Shown piece by piece: positions 33,057 through 43,653 of a stretch of 64,000 nucleotides of DNA. The stretch is from a virus (Duplodnaviria > Caudoviricetes). The notes below the pieces were generated by a model. It was not told the origin of the DNA. It saw only the letters and a program-made list of their open reading frames with translations, and ran no database searches. The stretch lies in the IMG/VR virus record IMGVR_UViG_3300046804_002424, positions 2,068 to 66,067 of that record. One strand, written 5' to 3'. Numbering within the stretch: position 1 is the stretch's first letter; each line of letters starts with the position of its first letter. The position numbers were made by a program, and so were the translations under genes.

Positions 33057-34088
33057 TTATCCAGTTCTTGCTGTGTTAGTTTTCATAAATATATCTTGTT
33101 TAACGTCCGGTAAATTAAATTCATCTATCCCATCATCTTGTGCTTTGGAAATAACCCGTGATCTTTGCTTAATTATTCTGTTTGAGTCAGGTGAATTTAA
33201 ATCAAAAATATTGCCAGCGTCTTCTCTGCTAGAAACAACAAATACTTCTTTAGCATTTTTATGTTTGTTTAACAGATCTTCTGCTGTCTTTTCTTTCTTA
33301 AGATTGTCATTTTTTTGTTTTTGGTCCAACATCCATCCGTCAAGCATATCATCATCTTCTATAACAAAATCTTGAGGACATTCTGGGTTCTCATAGATTC
33401 TATCATACATTATACTTATATTAATAAGAGTTTTTTGTTCGTCTGTCAATTGATATGCCGCTTTATTAAATACATTATTTTTATTGCTATTCCATAATGT
33501 TTTCCAATATTCGTTTCTTGCTATCTTCTTATAAGTCTCAATATTTATAAAATTTTCAGCGATATGAGATGTGATATTAATAAAATTATTATAATCCGGA
33601 TTTGAATCAAATACTCTTTCTTTATTTTTCCTATAAAAAATGCTTTGAATAAAAAGATATTCATTTTTTTGGAAAGCAGCATAGTCTTCTAGTGTTAAAT
33701 AGTCAAAACTATGTTTTCTTTTAAGTAATTTATTAATAGAATCTTTTGACCATTCTATGTCTTTTTTGATTTTATTCACTTTTTCTTTTTGAAGCCTACT
33801 GTAGTATAGGTTAAGCTTTAGTTTTTCCAGATTCTTTTCTGTACTTTTAAGAAGTTCTTCGTCTTCCTTTGTCCAACACTCAATTTTTTCTAAGAATTTT
33901 TTAAGAGCATCTTGAGTTATCCAAGATTCAAATTTATTATCATTAATAATTTGTTCATAAAATAATTCTGCTTCATATTTTATGTCAGTTGTTGGACTAA
34001 CATAAATATAATCAACATTATTATATTTAAAATACAAATGTCCTAGACTAATTCTATGAACAAGTAATTGAATGTTTTCGCCATTCAT
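33057..34088 (-). CDS. Hypothetical protein, possible tail chaperone
   Basis: 343-aa ORF between tail tube and TMP; PECP..VIEDDDMLDGW motif. Confidence 0.55.
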   Translation of the reverse strand: MNGENIQLLVHRISLGHLYFKYNNVDYIYVSPTTDIKYEAELFYEQIINDNKFESWITQDALKKFLEKIECWTKEDEELLKSTEKNLEKLKLNLYYSRLQKEKVNKIKKDIEWSKDSINKLLKRKHSFDYLTLEDYAAFQKNEYLFIQSIFYRKNKERVFDSNPDYNNFINITSHIAENFINIETYKKIARNEYWKTLWNSNKNNVFNKAAYQLTDEQKTLINISIMYDRIYENPECPQDFVIEDDDMLDGWMLDQKQKNDNLKKEKTAEDLLNKHKNAKEVFVVSSREDAGNIFDLNSPDSNRIIKQRSRVISKAQDDGIDEFNLPDVKQDIFMKTNTARTG

Positions 34089-34091
34089 CCA

Positions 34092-34244
34092 TTACTGACT
34101 ATCTTTTTTAACTAGTTTTTCTAATTCTATTATTTCTTTTTCTTTATCTTGTAGCTTTTTTTGTAATACTTCTATTACTCTCTGAGCAGACATTATATCT
34201 ATATATAGTCTACCAATCAGACTAAACATCTGTTCTTGATCCAT
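34092..34244 (-). CDS. Small coiled-coil protein (50 aa, not in ORF track)
   Basis: MDQEQMFSLIGRLYIDIMSAQRVIEVLQKKLQDKEKEIIELEKLVKKDSQ with an AGGAGG SD; fills the gap between genes. Confidence 0.6.
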   Translation of the reverse strand: MDQEQMFSLIGRLYIDIMSAQRVIEVLQKKLQDKEKEIIELEKLVKKDSQ

Positions 34245-34283
34245 CGTGTCCTCCTGTATATTCCAGTAAACTAGTTGTCTAAC

Positions 34284-35342
34284 TTAGCTTGCTGCTACAC
34301 CACTGACCTTGAAGTCATTGAATGTTTGGAAGCTATATGTTATAGTAGCATTTCCGCCACCAGTGTCACCACCGGTATAGTTAACTGAAGTTAGCTTATT
34401 CTTTAAGCCTAAATCAAAGACATAATCAACACTACCATCAGCATTATTAGAATCACAAATCATAACCTTAATTTGCTTATTGGTAAGGTTACTTGCTGCT
34501 GCTGCTGCACAGCCGGTTTGTGTATCAAAGTCATCAGCATCTACCTGATCACCTTGAGTAGCTGTGATTTCAAATTCTGATGTTACTTCTACAGGGAACT
34601 GAATATATCTGTAGTATGGCGATCTCTTGCCTAGTTCATTAATAGCTTCACGACCAAGATTGCATGTTAATGAAATACTATTAACGTGTAATCCTGAGCC
34701 AACAGCAAATGAGCCAGGAAGACCACCGCTACCGCTTGGAAGAATACTATTATCTTTATTTAATGACCAGCGACGAGAAACTTTTCTTGTCTCATCACCA
34801 CTATCTACAACACCAGTATTAAATGATGTTATACCGCCACCTGTTGTTAAACCCCACTTTTTATGATTACCAACAAGAGTTACGTCTTCAGTAAAATTAC
34901 CATCTGATGCTAAGTTATAGGTAACACTGCTAACATACATGCCTGTGCAAACAACATAGTAAGCGGCGGCTCCACTTGCGCCAGTGCGAGTATCATCCCA
35001 TATACCAAGAGCAACGTCACATCTGCGGTCAGAAATATTTGTTAAAGTGAGATTATCACTACTATTAGCAACATTGCCGTCTAAAGCAAGATTATATACC
35101 GGACGTGTTCCGTCTAGAACTTTATTTAAAGTAACTTCAACGTCTGGTACTTCTTCAACGTTGTCATAAAGCTCTAATTGGCCTAATTGATAAACCTGCT
35201 CAAGATTAAAATTGGTTGTGATACCAACGCTCTGAATACCCCTAAGAACTCTTTCAGATCCATAGGTGTATGAGCCATTAGTTGAGCGACATGGTTTGAT
35301 TTTTACAGCTTGTACGGCATAGAAAATACGATTGTTTGCCAT
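34284..35342 (-). CDS. Major tail tube protein
   Basis: 352 aa; QSVGITTNFNLEQVYQLG and later REAINELG beta motifs; follows the terminator-like gene. Confidence 0.7.
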   Translation of the reverse strand: MANNRIFYAVQAVKIKPCRSTNGSYTYGSERVLRGIQSVGITTNFNLEQVYQLGQLELYDNVEEVPDVEVTLNKVLDGTRPVYNLALDGNVANSSDNLTLTNISDRRCDVALGIWDDTRTGASGAAAYYVVCTGMYVSSVTYNLASDGNFTEDVTLVGNHKKWGLTTGGGITSFNTGVVDSGDETRKVSRRWSLNKDNSILPSGSGGLPGSFAVGSGLHVNSISLTCNLGREAINELGKRSPYYRYIQFPVEVTSEFEITATQGDQVDADDFDTQTGCAAAAASNLTNKQIKVMICDSNNADGSVDYVFDLGLKNKLTSVNYTGGDTGGGNATITYSFQTFNDFKVSGVAAS

Positions 35343-35360
35343 GATAACCTCTATTTTAAA

Positions 35361-36326
35361 TTAGACTATAACTTCGACGGTTAATCTAGTGATACACCAA
35401 AACATAGTAGCGGATGTATTTTTTTGAACATCAAGAAAATTGACTTCTTTAATATATAGACGATTCCAAATTAAATTATTATCACTAACAATTTGACCAT
35501 AATTTAAACCATTAATATTTTTGGATCCATTATTATTTAAGCCATATAAATTATCAGTAATAACTTTAGTTAGATCATATAATAAAATAGTTTTATCTTT
35601 TTGTAATCTTAAAATATCCATTAAAGTATTGCAATCACTATAGTTTTCGCTATATATATGTAATAAAATATCTTGTTGTCTATAAGAAATAAGAGATCCT
35701 AATTCATATGGAGAGTTAGAATTTCTGGGAATAGTTTCTATCACTATTGCTGGTAGTTGTAATCGGTGAGAAGCAGATACAGCATAGTTGCCTTTGTCCG
35801 CTTGAGAAATTTGAGAATCTGGCTTAAATGTCATGGCTTGAAGAGTTTGCCACATATTATTATTAGACTTAATAATTTGACACCATTTATAACTATATGA
35901 CATCTCAACTTTTGATGATGAATTTAATGGCTTATCAAAAATTACTTGGCCATTTTCATAATCTAATCTATATCCAACCGATCCTGATCCTGATGGTGCA
36001 GGATAAAAGGTATTGGCCACATAGACCCCGCTAATATTAACTGGCGAAGTATTTTGATATGATATGCCAGATTCCCATACCCAATCCTTTTTTGGTGTTT
36101 GCCACACAGTATTTGCTGTGTAAGAAGGATCTTTTGTTGGTTTTAATGTATGAAATGTTGTTTTATAAAGTCCAGAGGTTGGAATACGAACATTAACAAA
36201 TCCGCCTATATGTAATAATCCATAGTCTAGAAAACTCTTAAGGTTTTCCTCAACAGTTGGTATTAGCATATTATCTTGCAGACTTGTTATTCCATGAAGT
36301 CTGTACATGTTTTGATTACAGCTCAT
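35361..36326 (-). CDS. Neck/tail-terminator-like protein
   Basis: QLPAIVIE motif; lies just before the tail tube. Confidence 0.5.
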   Translation of the reverse strand: MSCNQNMYRLHGITSLQDNMLIPTVEENLKSFLDYGLLHIGGFVNVRIPTSGLYKTTFHTLKPTKDPSYTANTVWQTPKKDWVWESGISYQNTSPVNISGVYVANTFYPAPSGSGSVGYRLDYENGQVIFDKPLNSSSKVEMSYSYKWCQIIKSNNNMWQTLQAMTFKPDSQISQADKGNYAVSASHRLQLPAIVIETIPRNSNSPYELGSLISYRQQDILLHIYSENYSDCNTLMDILRLQKDKTILLYDLTKVITDNLYGLNNNGSKNINGLNYGQIVSDNNLIWNRLYIKEVNFLDVQKNTSATMFWCITRLTVEVIV

Positions 36327-36982
36327 ATATTTTGTTCAATATTTTTTTGTATGATTTGAAAGAACGCATCTTCATCAATACTAGAGATTGCTCGTGTGAT
36401 CCAATTATTCTCTTGTACACCAGCAAACTGGGCCGGAACGCTCCAATTATCGCTAGACTCAACCATTATGGCCATGCCTGTACGAGATCTTGGATTTGGC
36501 CCTAATTTTACTTCAAAATTTTTAACTATAGGAGAAGTTCCTTGAGTCAAGAGCCATTTTAACCATGGCATGGTATAGCCTTTAGAATCCTGCACAAGAC
36601 CATTTTGACTATTCATAGACTGATCTACTGTATCTCCATCAATAATAGTATATCTAATATTACCTACTACGCCTCTACTGTTAACTCTCACAGGACTTCT
36701 TGAAACTTTTCCAGCGCATATATTTCCAACAACAGCATCAACTACCATAGTATCTGGTATACCAAACTCATATCTTAATTGTCCATTTTTTAAGGACATA
36801 TATTCTGGTTCTCTTTTTATATTCTCTATTGTAAGATTTGTTAGTTCATCTCTAATTTTATTGATAGATTTAGATATTGCGGAATCTAAAACATCTCTTA
36901 TACTATCTAATATAGCTTTTTTAATTTGACTATCAGATTCCAATAAACGAATATTAAAAACTAATGTCATGGTCTGGTCCAA
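36323..36982 (-). CDS. Putative neck/tail completion protein
   Basis: PWLKWLL..G...NNWITRA pattern; gene order. Confidence 0.5.
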   Translation of the reverse strand: MDQTMTLVFNIRLLESDSQIKKAILDSIRDVLDSAISKSINKIRDELTNLTIENIKREPEYMSLKNGQLRYEFGIPDTMVVDAVVGNICAGKVSRSPVRVNSRGVVGNIRYTIIDGDTVDQSMNSQNGLVQDSKGYTMPWLKWLLTQGTSPIVKNFEVKLGPNPRSRTGMAIMVESSDNWSVPAQFAGVQENNWITRAISSIDEDAFFQIIQKNIEQNI

Positions 36983-37488
36983 TTTGTAAGAATAAATTTA
37001 TGTTCACCTAAACCCATAGGAATTGGTGGACCAGCTTTAGAGTATTGGTTATTATCATATGCTTCGTTATCTAATACAACCATCTGTGTAGCATTTTGAA
37101 TTTTGGGCATAAGAGTAATAGAGCATAATGTTTGTGCTGCTAGGTTTGGAATTTGTATATTTTTTGGTCCCCAATTTAACCAATATTTACTGTCTAAGAT
37201 AACTCCAAGATATACGGTTTCTTCAGTGTCATAAACTATTTTGCCAAATCCATTACATACCGGACATATAGAACCTTCTGGAAAAGATAATGGTCCTGTG
37301 CCATTATACTTATTAAAAGATTTATCTAAAATTGGATTGTATATACAATTTGTACAGAATGACTGATCTGTTGTATTATACTTTAATCTGCATGGAACAG
37401 CCAATGCTGTTGATTCCAATAGGCTCTCAATAGCTTGATTGTATAAATTTTTAAAATCAGAATTAACTAATCCACTAAATATATTCAT
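36967..37488 (-). CDS. Putative head closure protein with CxxC motifs
   Basis: Probable start MNIFSG at 37488; CTNC and CPVCNG.G motifs. Confidence 0.5.
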   Translation of the reverse strand: MNIFSGLVNSDFKNLYNQAIESLLESTALAVPCRLKYNTTDQSFCTNCIYNPILDKSFNKYNGTGPLSFPEGSICPVCNGFGKIVYDTEETVYLGVILDSKYWLNWGPKNIQIPNLAAQTLCSITLMPKIQNATQMVVLDNEAYDNNQYSKAGPPIPMGLGEHKFILTNWTRP

Positions 37489-37489
37489 A

Positions 37490-37768
37490 TTATATTTCCG
37501 ATAATAATACTTTTTTCCATGTATTGGAAGCAACGCATAAGTATAGATAATTATTGTCCCATCTAATTTCTCCTGGTTGACCAGCATCAACAGAAGATTG
37601 TGGAGGTGTTCCGGAGATTAGTCTTGATAATGATTGTGAACTGGTTTCCACAATTTTAACTTCCGGCATCCTTTCTGATAAAATAGAATTTGTGGTAAGA
37701 TTACCATCAACATCAGATGTTGTTACATTAATTAGGGATTGTGATGTATTAACAATAACATTAGACAT
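37490..37768 (-). CDS. Small virion accessory protein
   Basis: GQPGEIRWDNNYLYLCVASNTWK fibre-associated motif. Confidence 0.55.
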   Translation of the reverse strand: MSNVIVNTSQSLINVTTSDVDGNLTTNSILSERMPEVKIVETSSQSLSRLISGTPPQSSVDAGQPGEIRWDNNYLYLCVASNTWKKVLLSEI

Positions 37769-38205
37769 TAGCATCCCTCACATGGAGTTTCTTCTGCAAT
37801 ATCAGGAAAGATTGCTGGACTTAATGAATTGCCAGATAAAATAGTCATTGTTCCTTTAACAAGTTTAGCGATATAGTCCCCAGCGCCATCGTACAATTCA
37901 TTTGGAGCCTTTAGATCAATATCGTACAATGCTGAACTAAAATCAAAAGAGCCAGTTGTTGATGATGGTAATTTTAATATGATTTTACCTTCGTCACCAT
38001 TAATACTTAAACTATATGTAGAATTTGACTGTCCAGTAAAATAACTAATTGTAGTATTAGCCAATGATCCATCCACTGGACTAAAACTAAATCTTCCTCG
38101 CCAATTTGTTAGATTAATAATTTCATTAGTATCATCTAAATATGTAAATGATATATAAAATATGGATCCTTTATCTAGTGCAAAATTATAAACTGGTGCT
38201 GACAT
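37768..38205 (-). CDS. BppU-like adaptor protein
   Basis: YNF.LDKGS...NLT.W.GR...YDIDL...LVKG; paralogous to 46160-46576. Confidence 0.6.
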   Translation of the reverse strand: MSAPVYNFALDKGSIFYISFTYLDDTNEIINLTNWRGRFSFSPVDGSLANTTISYFTGQSNSTYSLSINGDEGKIILKLPSSTTGSFDFSSALYDIDLKAPNELYDGAGDYIAKLVKGTMTILSGNSLSPAIFPDIAEETPCEGC

Positions 38206-38218
38206 AATAATTACCTAA

Positions 38219-38737
38219 TTAGGAGAAAAATGTACGACCTCTTTGGCTTGAATACATGCCAAGAATACTTGGATCAAATTTATTACCAGCAAAGGGACTA
38301 AGAATAGCTTTAACAGAAGATGCATTAGCAACATCCCAATGTTCAACAAAATCATTATACAATGCACATGGGCCTTTTTCTAGAATCTCTCTCCATCCTG
38401 CTAAACTTCCACCAACTGAAAATGCCGCTGGGCCAAGGGATGCTCTCAATCCTTCCATCGCTGATTTTGTTCTAAATGTACTTTGATCTATTATACAAGC
38501 GGCTTTTAGAGACACTAAACTAATAAATATTTCATCTCTCTCTTGATCGGTTGGATCGGGACTTATAGTATTATTCAATACGTCAACATCATATTGATGA
38601 TCCAAAACAACATCAAATTGAACATATTTAGCAGATACTGTTAGTACCTGTATGATTCTTTCATCCGAATATGTTGGATTATCGGCCCAATCATTAATAA
38701 GTGTTCTAACGATCACTGGTAATTCTAAATTCCACAT
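38219..38737 (-). CDS. Putative head-tail adaptor
   Basis: VRTLIND....YSDERI N-terminus typical of connector proteins. Confidence 0.55.
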   Translation of the reverse strand: MWNLELPVIVRTLINDWADNPTYSDERIIQVLTVSAKYVQFDVVLDHQYDVDVLNNTISPDPTDQERDEIFISLVSLKAACIIDQSTFRTKSAMEGLRASLGPAAFSVGGSLAGWREILEKGPCALYNDFVEHWDVANASSVKAILSPFAGNKFDPSILGMYSSQRGRTFFS

Positions 38738-38849
38738 AAATTATCTCCAGCAAAATGAATAATATACTAGTTAATACACCCAATTCTACACATCTGGAGT
38801 TGGGTCTATAATAGTAACAGTACCATCTTCATTCTAGTAAATTGACCAA

Positions 38850-39260
38850 TTATATTTGATAAGCTTCTATAAATGCTTGATCTACCTGTTGTTCAGTTAA
38901 TCCTAATGCCGATGCAAGAGGAATTAACATTGGATGAGTTCTTTCTATATATGGAGCATATTCCCACTCCACTAATGTAGAATCTCTTATAGCTTGATCA
39001 GAAATGCTATTTATAGCTGCTTCTACATTAGCAAGACTATAGCCATTATTTACTAACCATAATCTAATTTGTCTCGCAGAAATAGTGGCTGGTACTATGA
39101 TTTGTTCTGGTGCTCTTTGCCAACCTTCTGGAAGTTCGTCATCAGCGACTATAGAAAATCCTTCTGGTGGCTCCCAATTTTCTGGCAAATCAATTCTTAA
39201 AAATGTTTCTACTAATCCTTCTGAATTAACTAATGCCCATGAGGTTTGATTGCTTCCCAT
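38850..39260 (-). CDS. Tail fibre assembly-like protein
   Basis: ISARQIRLWL...EWEYA..IERTHP..LGLT.QQVD..F; AGGAG SD before ATG 39260. Confidence 0.6.
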   Translation of the reverse strand: MGSNQTSWALVNSEGLVETFLRIDLPENWEPPEGFSIVADDELPEGWQRAPEQIIVPATISARQIRLWLVNNGYSLANVEAAINSISDQAIRDSTLVEWEYAPYIERTHPMLIPLASALGLTEQQVDQAFIEAYQI

Positions 39261-39274
39261 ATTATTCTCCTTTA

Positions 39275-40198
39275 TCAATACCATACATAAATACGAACAA
39301 GTCCATCGCCACCATTACCACCAGCGCCACCAGTAAATCCATTTAATCCACCACCACCACCGCCTCCACCACCGCCGGGGAAACCTCCATTACCTCCTGC
39401 TCCACCACCACCAGAAGGATTACCACCACCACCTCCTCCACCCATACCATATCCGCCGGGAAGAGCGGTTGTCGCATTACCACCATTACCTCCAGTATTT
39501 GCTCCACCAGCAGGATTAAGAATAGTTGGTGCTCCTCTAACTATTTCTGTTCCATAACCAACAGCACCAGCCGTTGCAGTATTAGAAGCATTTACTCCAC
39601 CTCCACCAGCACCTGGATTTGGTGCTACGGTTCCTCCAGCATTGGTCGCAGCGGCTGTTCCATTAGAACCAGCGCCTCCAGCAACACCCGCATACATAGA
39701 TACCCAAGCTGGAGAACCTCCAGTTCCACCAGCAGCAGATGTCCCTCCAGTAGAAGCAGTCGAATTCCAAGCATGACACAAATAAAATAATGAATTTTGT
39801 ACTAATCTTACTATAGAAGCATTACCTGGTGATCCAGAATTGCCGTTTGTATCATCTGTTGTAACACCAGCGCCACCAGCACCACCAGCACCAACAGTAA
39901 TAACGAGCATTTTAGAGGGAGCGAAGTCTACTATATCTTGAACTAAAAAGTTATATCTTGATCTTCCACCAGTTGCTCCGCCAGCACCACCGCCTCGTAT
40001 AGTACCAGCGGCACCTCTTCTGCCACTTGCTCCACCACCACCACCAGCGACTGCTTCAATTTCAATATATTTAGCGCTTTCTGGGATACTCCAGTAATAT
40101 GTGCCACCAGATCCAGTAGCACTATCTGGTTTACTATTTCTAGTAAATAAAAAACTTTCTACGGTAGATTTATTTAAAGAATAAATTCCATTGTTCAT
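39275..40198 (-). CDS. Glycine-rich virion protein
   Basis: GGGGGG..G...GGGAGG...ITVGAGG...GG.GGDG.VRI glycine-rich domain. Confidence 0.7.
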   Translation of the reverse strand: MNNGIYSLNKSTVESFLFTRNSKPDSATGSGGTYYWSIPESAKYIEIEAVAGGGGGASGRRGAAGTIRGGGAGGATGGRSRYNFLVQDIVDFAPSKMLVITVGAGGAGGAGVTTDDTNGNSGSPGNASIVRLVQNSLFYLCHAWNSTASTGGTSAAGGTGGSPAWVSMYAGVAGGAGSNGTAAATNAGGTVAPNPGAGGGGVNASNTATAGAVGYGTEIVRGAPTILNPAGGANTGGNGGNATTALPGGYGMGGGGGGGNPSGGGGAGGNGGFPGGGGGGGGGGLNGFTGGAGGNGGDGLVRIYVWY

Positions 40199-40578
40199 AG
40201 ATCAGCCCCCAAAACTGCAATATTAAAAGTTTCAGCATTATGTGTTGATGCTCGTATGCTCCAACTATTACTTGGTAAAGTTAAATTTTCATAAACTTTT
40301 GAACCCCTGTAAACTGGAGTCGAAGCAGCAGCTGTAACGGCAACTACTACAAACTCATCAAATAGTCTAGCGTTTGTTCCATCATGTAAATAAATTCGTA
40401 CCATTCCTGCTGTTGTTGTGGCAGTTCCTTCAACAACAATTTCATTAATTCTTGTTCCAGAAGCACCACCTGTTAGTATAGTAGCTATTGTGCCAGTACC
40501 ATCACGATTAGTATTCGCTGTACTAACTTGTCCTAGTCCTATTCTTGGTGTTGTTGCAAAAACTGGTTGATTAGCCAT
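40195..40578 (-). CDS. Virion accessory hypothetical protein
   Basis: 127 aa, TANTNRDGTG motif, AGGAG SD. Confidence 0.6.
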   Translation of the reverse strand: MANQPVFATTPRIGLGQVSTANTNRDGTGTIATILTGGASGTRINEIVVEGTATTTAGMVRIYLHDGTNARLFDEFVVVAVTAAASTPVYRGSKVYENLTLPSNSWSIRASTHNAETFNIAVLGADL

Positions 40579-40627
40579 ATTAAATCTCCTTTGTATTATT
40601 ATATTAATAGTTTGTTAAATAGTCAAG

Positions 40628-43576
40628 TTATCTAAAATTTGACCATAAGTAAAGCATTTCGCCAGGTGATCGTAAAGCTCCGTTAATGAAAACATTACCG
40701 TTGAGATTAATCTGATTGCTAATATTAGAAGTTATATCTATTGTTCCATCGCCAGTTAAAACAAAACCAATACCACCAGCATCAACAGTAATATTAGTTG
40801 GATCATTATTAGTAACATTTAATCCATTAAGATTTAAATAACCATTAGTACTATCTCCAATAGATCCATTAACATCTAATCTATAGTTAGAATTTGGAGA
40901 ATTTGTTCCTATACCAATACTACCAGCATTGCTGGCTGGTTGTAAAATCAAATTTGAAGTATCAGCATCTATAGTTATTCCATACTGAGAAACTAATTGC
41001 ATCGCTGATAAATCACTAATTATCCATAATGGATTAGTAGTTGTGCTAAATAATCCGTATTGATCAAAAGTTGTATTAAGTCCTAATGTTACATTACCCG
41101 CTCCAGCGTTTACACTATTAAACACCCCATCTCCAAGTTGATTAATATTCCAATTAATATGAGATAACTTAGTATAGTTACCTATTGTTAAATCAGTATT
41201 TGTATTAGTATTGTCTCCTGACGAAAGTATAGAGGTAAATCTTAAAATACCATTATCATTATAAACATTATCTCCATCAAAAGTCCATCCATTAATATTA
41301 GTAATTGTACTATTTAGATTAGTAGTATCTCCACCAGCACCACCGATAGTAATAACTCCATCTCCCGCTGTTCCAGCTAATAACTGAATAACCTGTGTAC
41401 TATAAGTTTCTAATGTTATTCCTAGTCCATCAACAGTTATTTTAGATCCTTCATTATTTGCAATATTATTGTTAAGAGTTAAATTACCATCTACTTGAAT
41501 ATTTCCATTTATATGAAGTTTTTCAGATGGGTTGGTAGTTCCTATTCCAACATTTAAATCAGTATTTAAAAATAATTGAGCATTATATCCAGCAGCAAAG
41601 CATATTGGAGTGTATGCTGTAACATTCTCATTAAAACCCTCAAACATATAGAAGGCAGCGGCGCTACCTAATGCTCCACTATTAGCATGATGAGCACCAA
41701 TACCAACACTGCCATCATTTTTACCAAACCATGTATATCCTTTTAAAATAGTTGCTGGAGATTGGCCTCCATATGTTAAATCGTCTCCGATTACTGCAAA
41801 TACATTTTCTGCTCCATTTACTGTTAGTTTACTAGACGGAGAGTTGGTGCCTATACCAACTTTGCCATCAGATGCTACAACAATATTTTCATTTCCTGGA
41901 TACCCACCACCATATCCAAATGATCCATCAGAATTTTTGTTAGCAATAACAGTCTGATCAGAAAGTAGTAGTCCTAATTCTCCACCAAACCAATCATCAG
42001 ATATATATAAATATTGATTATATCCAAATCTAACACTCTGACTACCATCATCAACAATACTACTATTAACTAGTCCACTAGAATTAGTCCACTTTGATAT
42101 ATAATTAGCAATACCAGTACCAACAACAGGATTAGTAAGAGTGGCCTGTTTATTATTTAGTTGAGTTTGAATGGAACTAGTAGTTCCTTTTACATAACTT
42201 AGCTCTGTTAAAGATGGATAAGTTCCAGTACTCAATGAAACAATATTTTTATTGCTATCAAAACTTGCTATGGTACTTGCTGTTTGATTACTTATATTTA
42301 AGCCGCTAGTAAATAATCCGCTACCTATAACATGAAGTTGAGATGTTGGACTTGATATTCCTATACCAAGTCTATTATTAGTACTGTCCCAATATAACTG
42401 ACCACTATCAGCAACTATACCGCTACTACTATTCCAATAAGCAATGTGATTAGCAACTCCGATTCCTGTTACTGGATTACTTAATAATGGTTGATAACTG
42501 GTACTATCAACGCTTCCATCAGCTTTGAGAAATTGAGTACTAGTTCCACCACTTTTAATAAAACTACTAGATGTAAGATTGCCTATACCTATTAAATCAT
42601 CAGCATCAAATATCCAAGCATCATTATTTATACTCGTATAACCATATATATTTATACTTGGATAATATGATCCTATGCTACCAAAATTAATAGTACCTCC
42701 ACCAATATTAGTAATATTTGTTAGATTTCCATCATTATATCCAAGATTTAAAGTACTATCACCTTCAGTACCGGCATAAATACTAATATTATCAGAATAG
42801 TATGTAGATAAATTAACAGTTCCTCCAGCATCTATAGTAAATAAGCATCCTTCATTATTATTTGGATCGCTATTTAGATTTAATGGACCATTAATATTTA
42901 AAGTTGTAAAATTTCCACTACTACTAGCAACCCATAATCCACTAGCACTATTATATTGCAGAAATTGACCGTTGGTTGCTCCAGTGGTAGCCACATTATG
43001 AAGTTCTTCTAATTCATATCCATTCTGAATTTTAACATTAATAACTCCCTGATGAGAGTGTTTTCTTATTAATGTTCCTACAAATACACTATGATAAGGA
43101 GCGTATGGCTTACTAGTAGTAATGCCACCAGATACTGTTGGACTAAGCCAAAGTGCTGTTCCTTCATTAACACCATTAAACTGAGTAGATGTATTAAGAT
43201 TTCTTAATGTTCCATCAACAATGACAGAACCAATATTTCCTGTAGGGATATCATTTACCACAAAACCATAAGTTTTACTACTATGAGCTTCACCACTAGC
43301 TAAAGCTAAACTTATTCTTGGAGTATCTCCTTGAGCCCCATTAATATAAACAACGCTCATTTTATTAATAGTACTGCCAGTATCATTACGAACAATTGTT
43401 ACTAAACTATCATTTATAGCCGGTAAATCACTCCATTGTTTAGTTCCATCACCAATTTTGAGTATATTAAAATTTGTTATAAAACCGGGTTCACCACTAG
43501 ATAAAACGGTACTACTACTACTATCCCATTGAGTATATGTTCCTTGACGAAGTTGAATTAATGAATTTCTTGGCAT
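40628..43576 (-). CDS. Tail fibre protein
   Basis: IQLRQGT..QW....L..GEPG.....KIGDG...W (Mtd-N/hyaluronidase-N-like anchor); VGIGT..P..KL repeats. Confidence 0.75.
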   Translation of the reverse strand: MPRNSLIQLRQGTYTQWDSSSSTVLSSGEPGFITNFNILKIGDGTKQWSDLPAINDSLVTIVRNDTGSTINKMSVVYINGAQGDTPRISLALASGEAHSSKTYGFVVNDIPTGNIGSVIVDGTLRNLNTSTQFNGVNEGTALWLSPTVSGGITTSKPYAPYHSVFVGTLIRKHSHQGVINVKIQNGYELEELHNVATTGATNGQFLQYNSASGLWVASSSGNFTTLNINGPLNLNSDPNNNEGCLFTIDAGGTVNLSTYYSDNISIYAGTEGDSTLNLGYNDGNLTNITNIGGGTINFGSIGSYYPSINIYGYTSINNDAWIFDADDLIGIGNLTSSSFIKSGGTSTQFLKADGSVDSTSYQPLLSNPVTGIGVANHIAYWNSSSGIVADSGQLYWDSTNNRLGIGISSPTSQLHVIGSGLFTSGLNISNQTASTIASFDSNKNIVSLSTGTYPSLTELSYVKGTTSSIQTQLNNKQATLTNPVVGTGIANYISKWTNSSGLVNSSIVDDGSQSVRFGYNQYLYISDDWFGGELGLLLSDQTVIANKNSDGSFGYGGGYPGNENIVVASDGKVGIGTNSPSSKLTVNGAENVFAVIGDDLTYGGQSPATILKGYTWFGKNDGSVGIGAHHANSGALGSAAAFYMFEGFNENVTAYTPICFAAGYNAQLFLNTDLNVGIGTTNPSEKLHINGNIQVDGNLTLNNNIANNEGSKITVDGLGITLETYSTQVIQLLAGTAGDGVITIGGAGGDTTNLNSTITNINGWTFDGDNVYNDNGILRFTSILSSGDNTNTNTDLTIGNYTKLSHINWNINQLGDGVFNSVNAGAGNVTLGLNTTFDQYGLFSTTTNPLWIISDLSAMQLVSQYGITIDADTSNLILQPASNAGSIGIGTNSPNSNYRLDVNGSIGDSTNGYLNLNGLNVTNNDPTNITVDAGGIGFVLTGDGTIDITSNISNQINLNGNVFINGALRSPGEMLYLWSNFR

Positions 43577-43653
43577 ATTTTTACTTTTCCATAATTGATT
43601 ATTTTCCTATTATATAGTAATTACAAGACAAAAATCGTCTAATAATTAATATA

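Noticed and set aside
38785-38850. Possible gene remnant (NEDGTVTIIDPTPDV)
   Set aside because: It is too short, has no start codon and is preceded by an in-frame stop.
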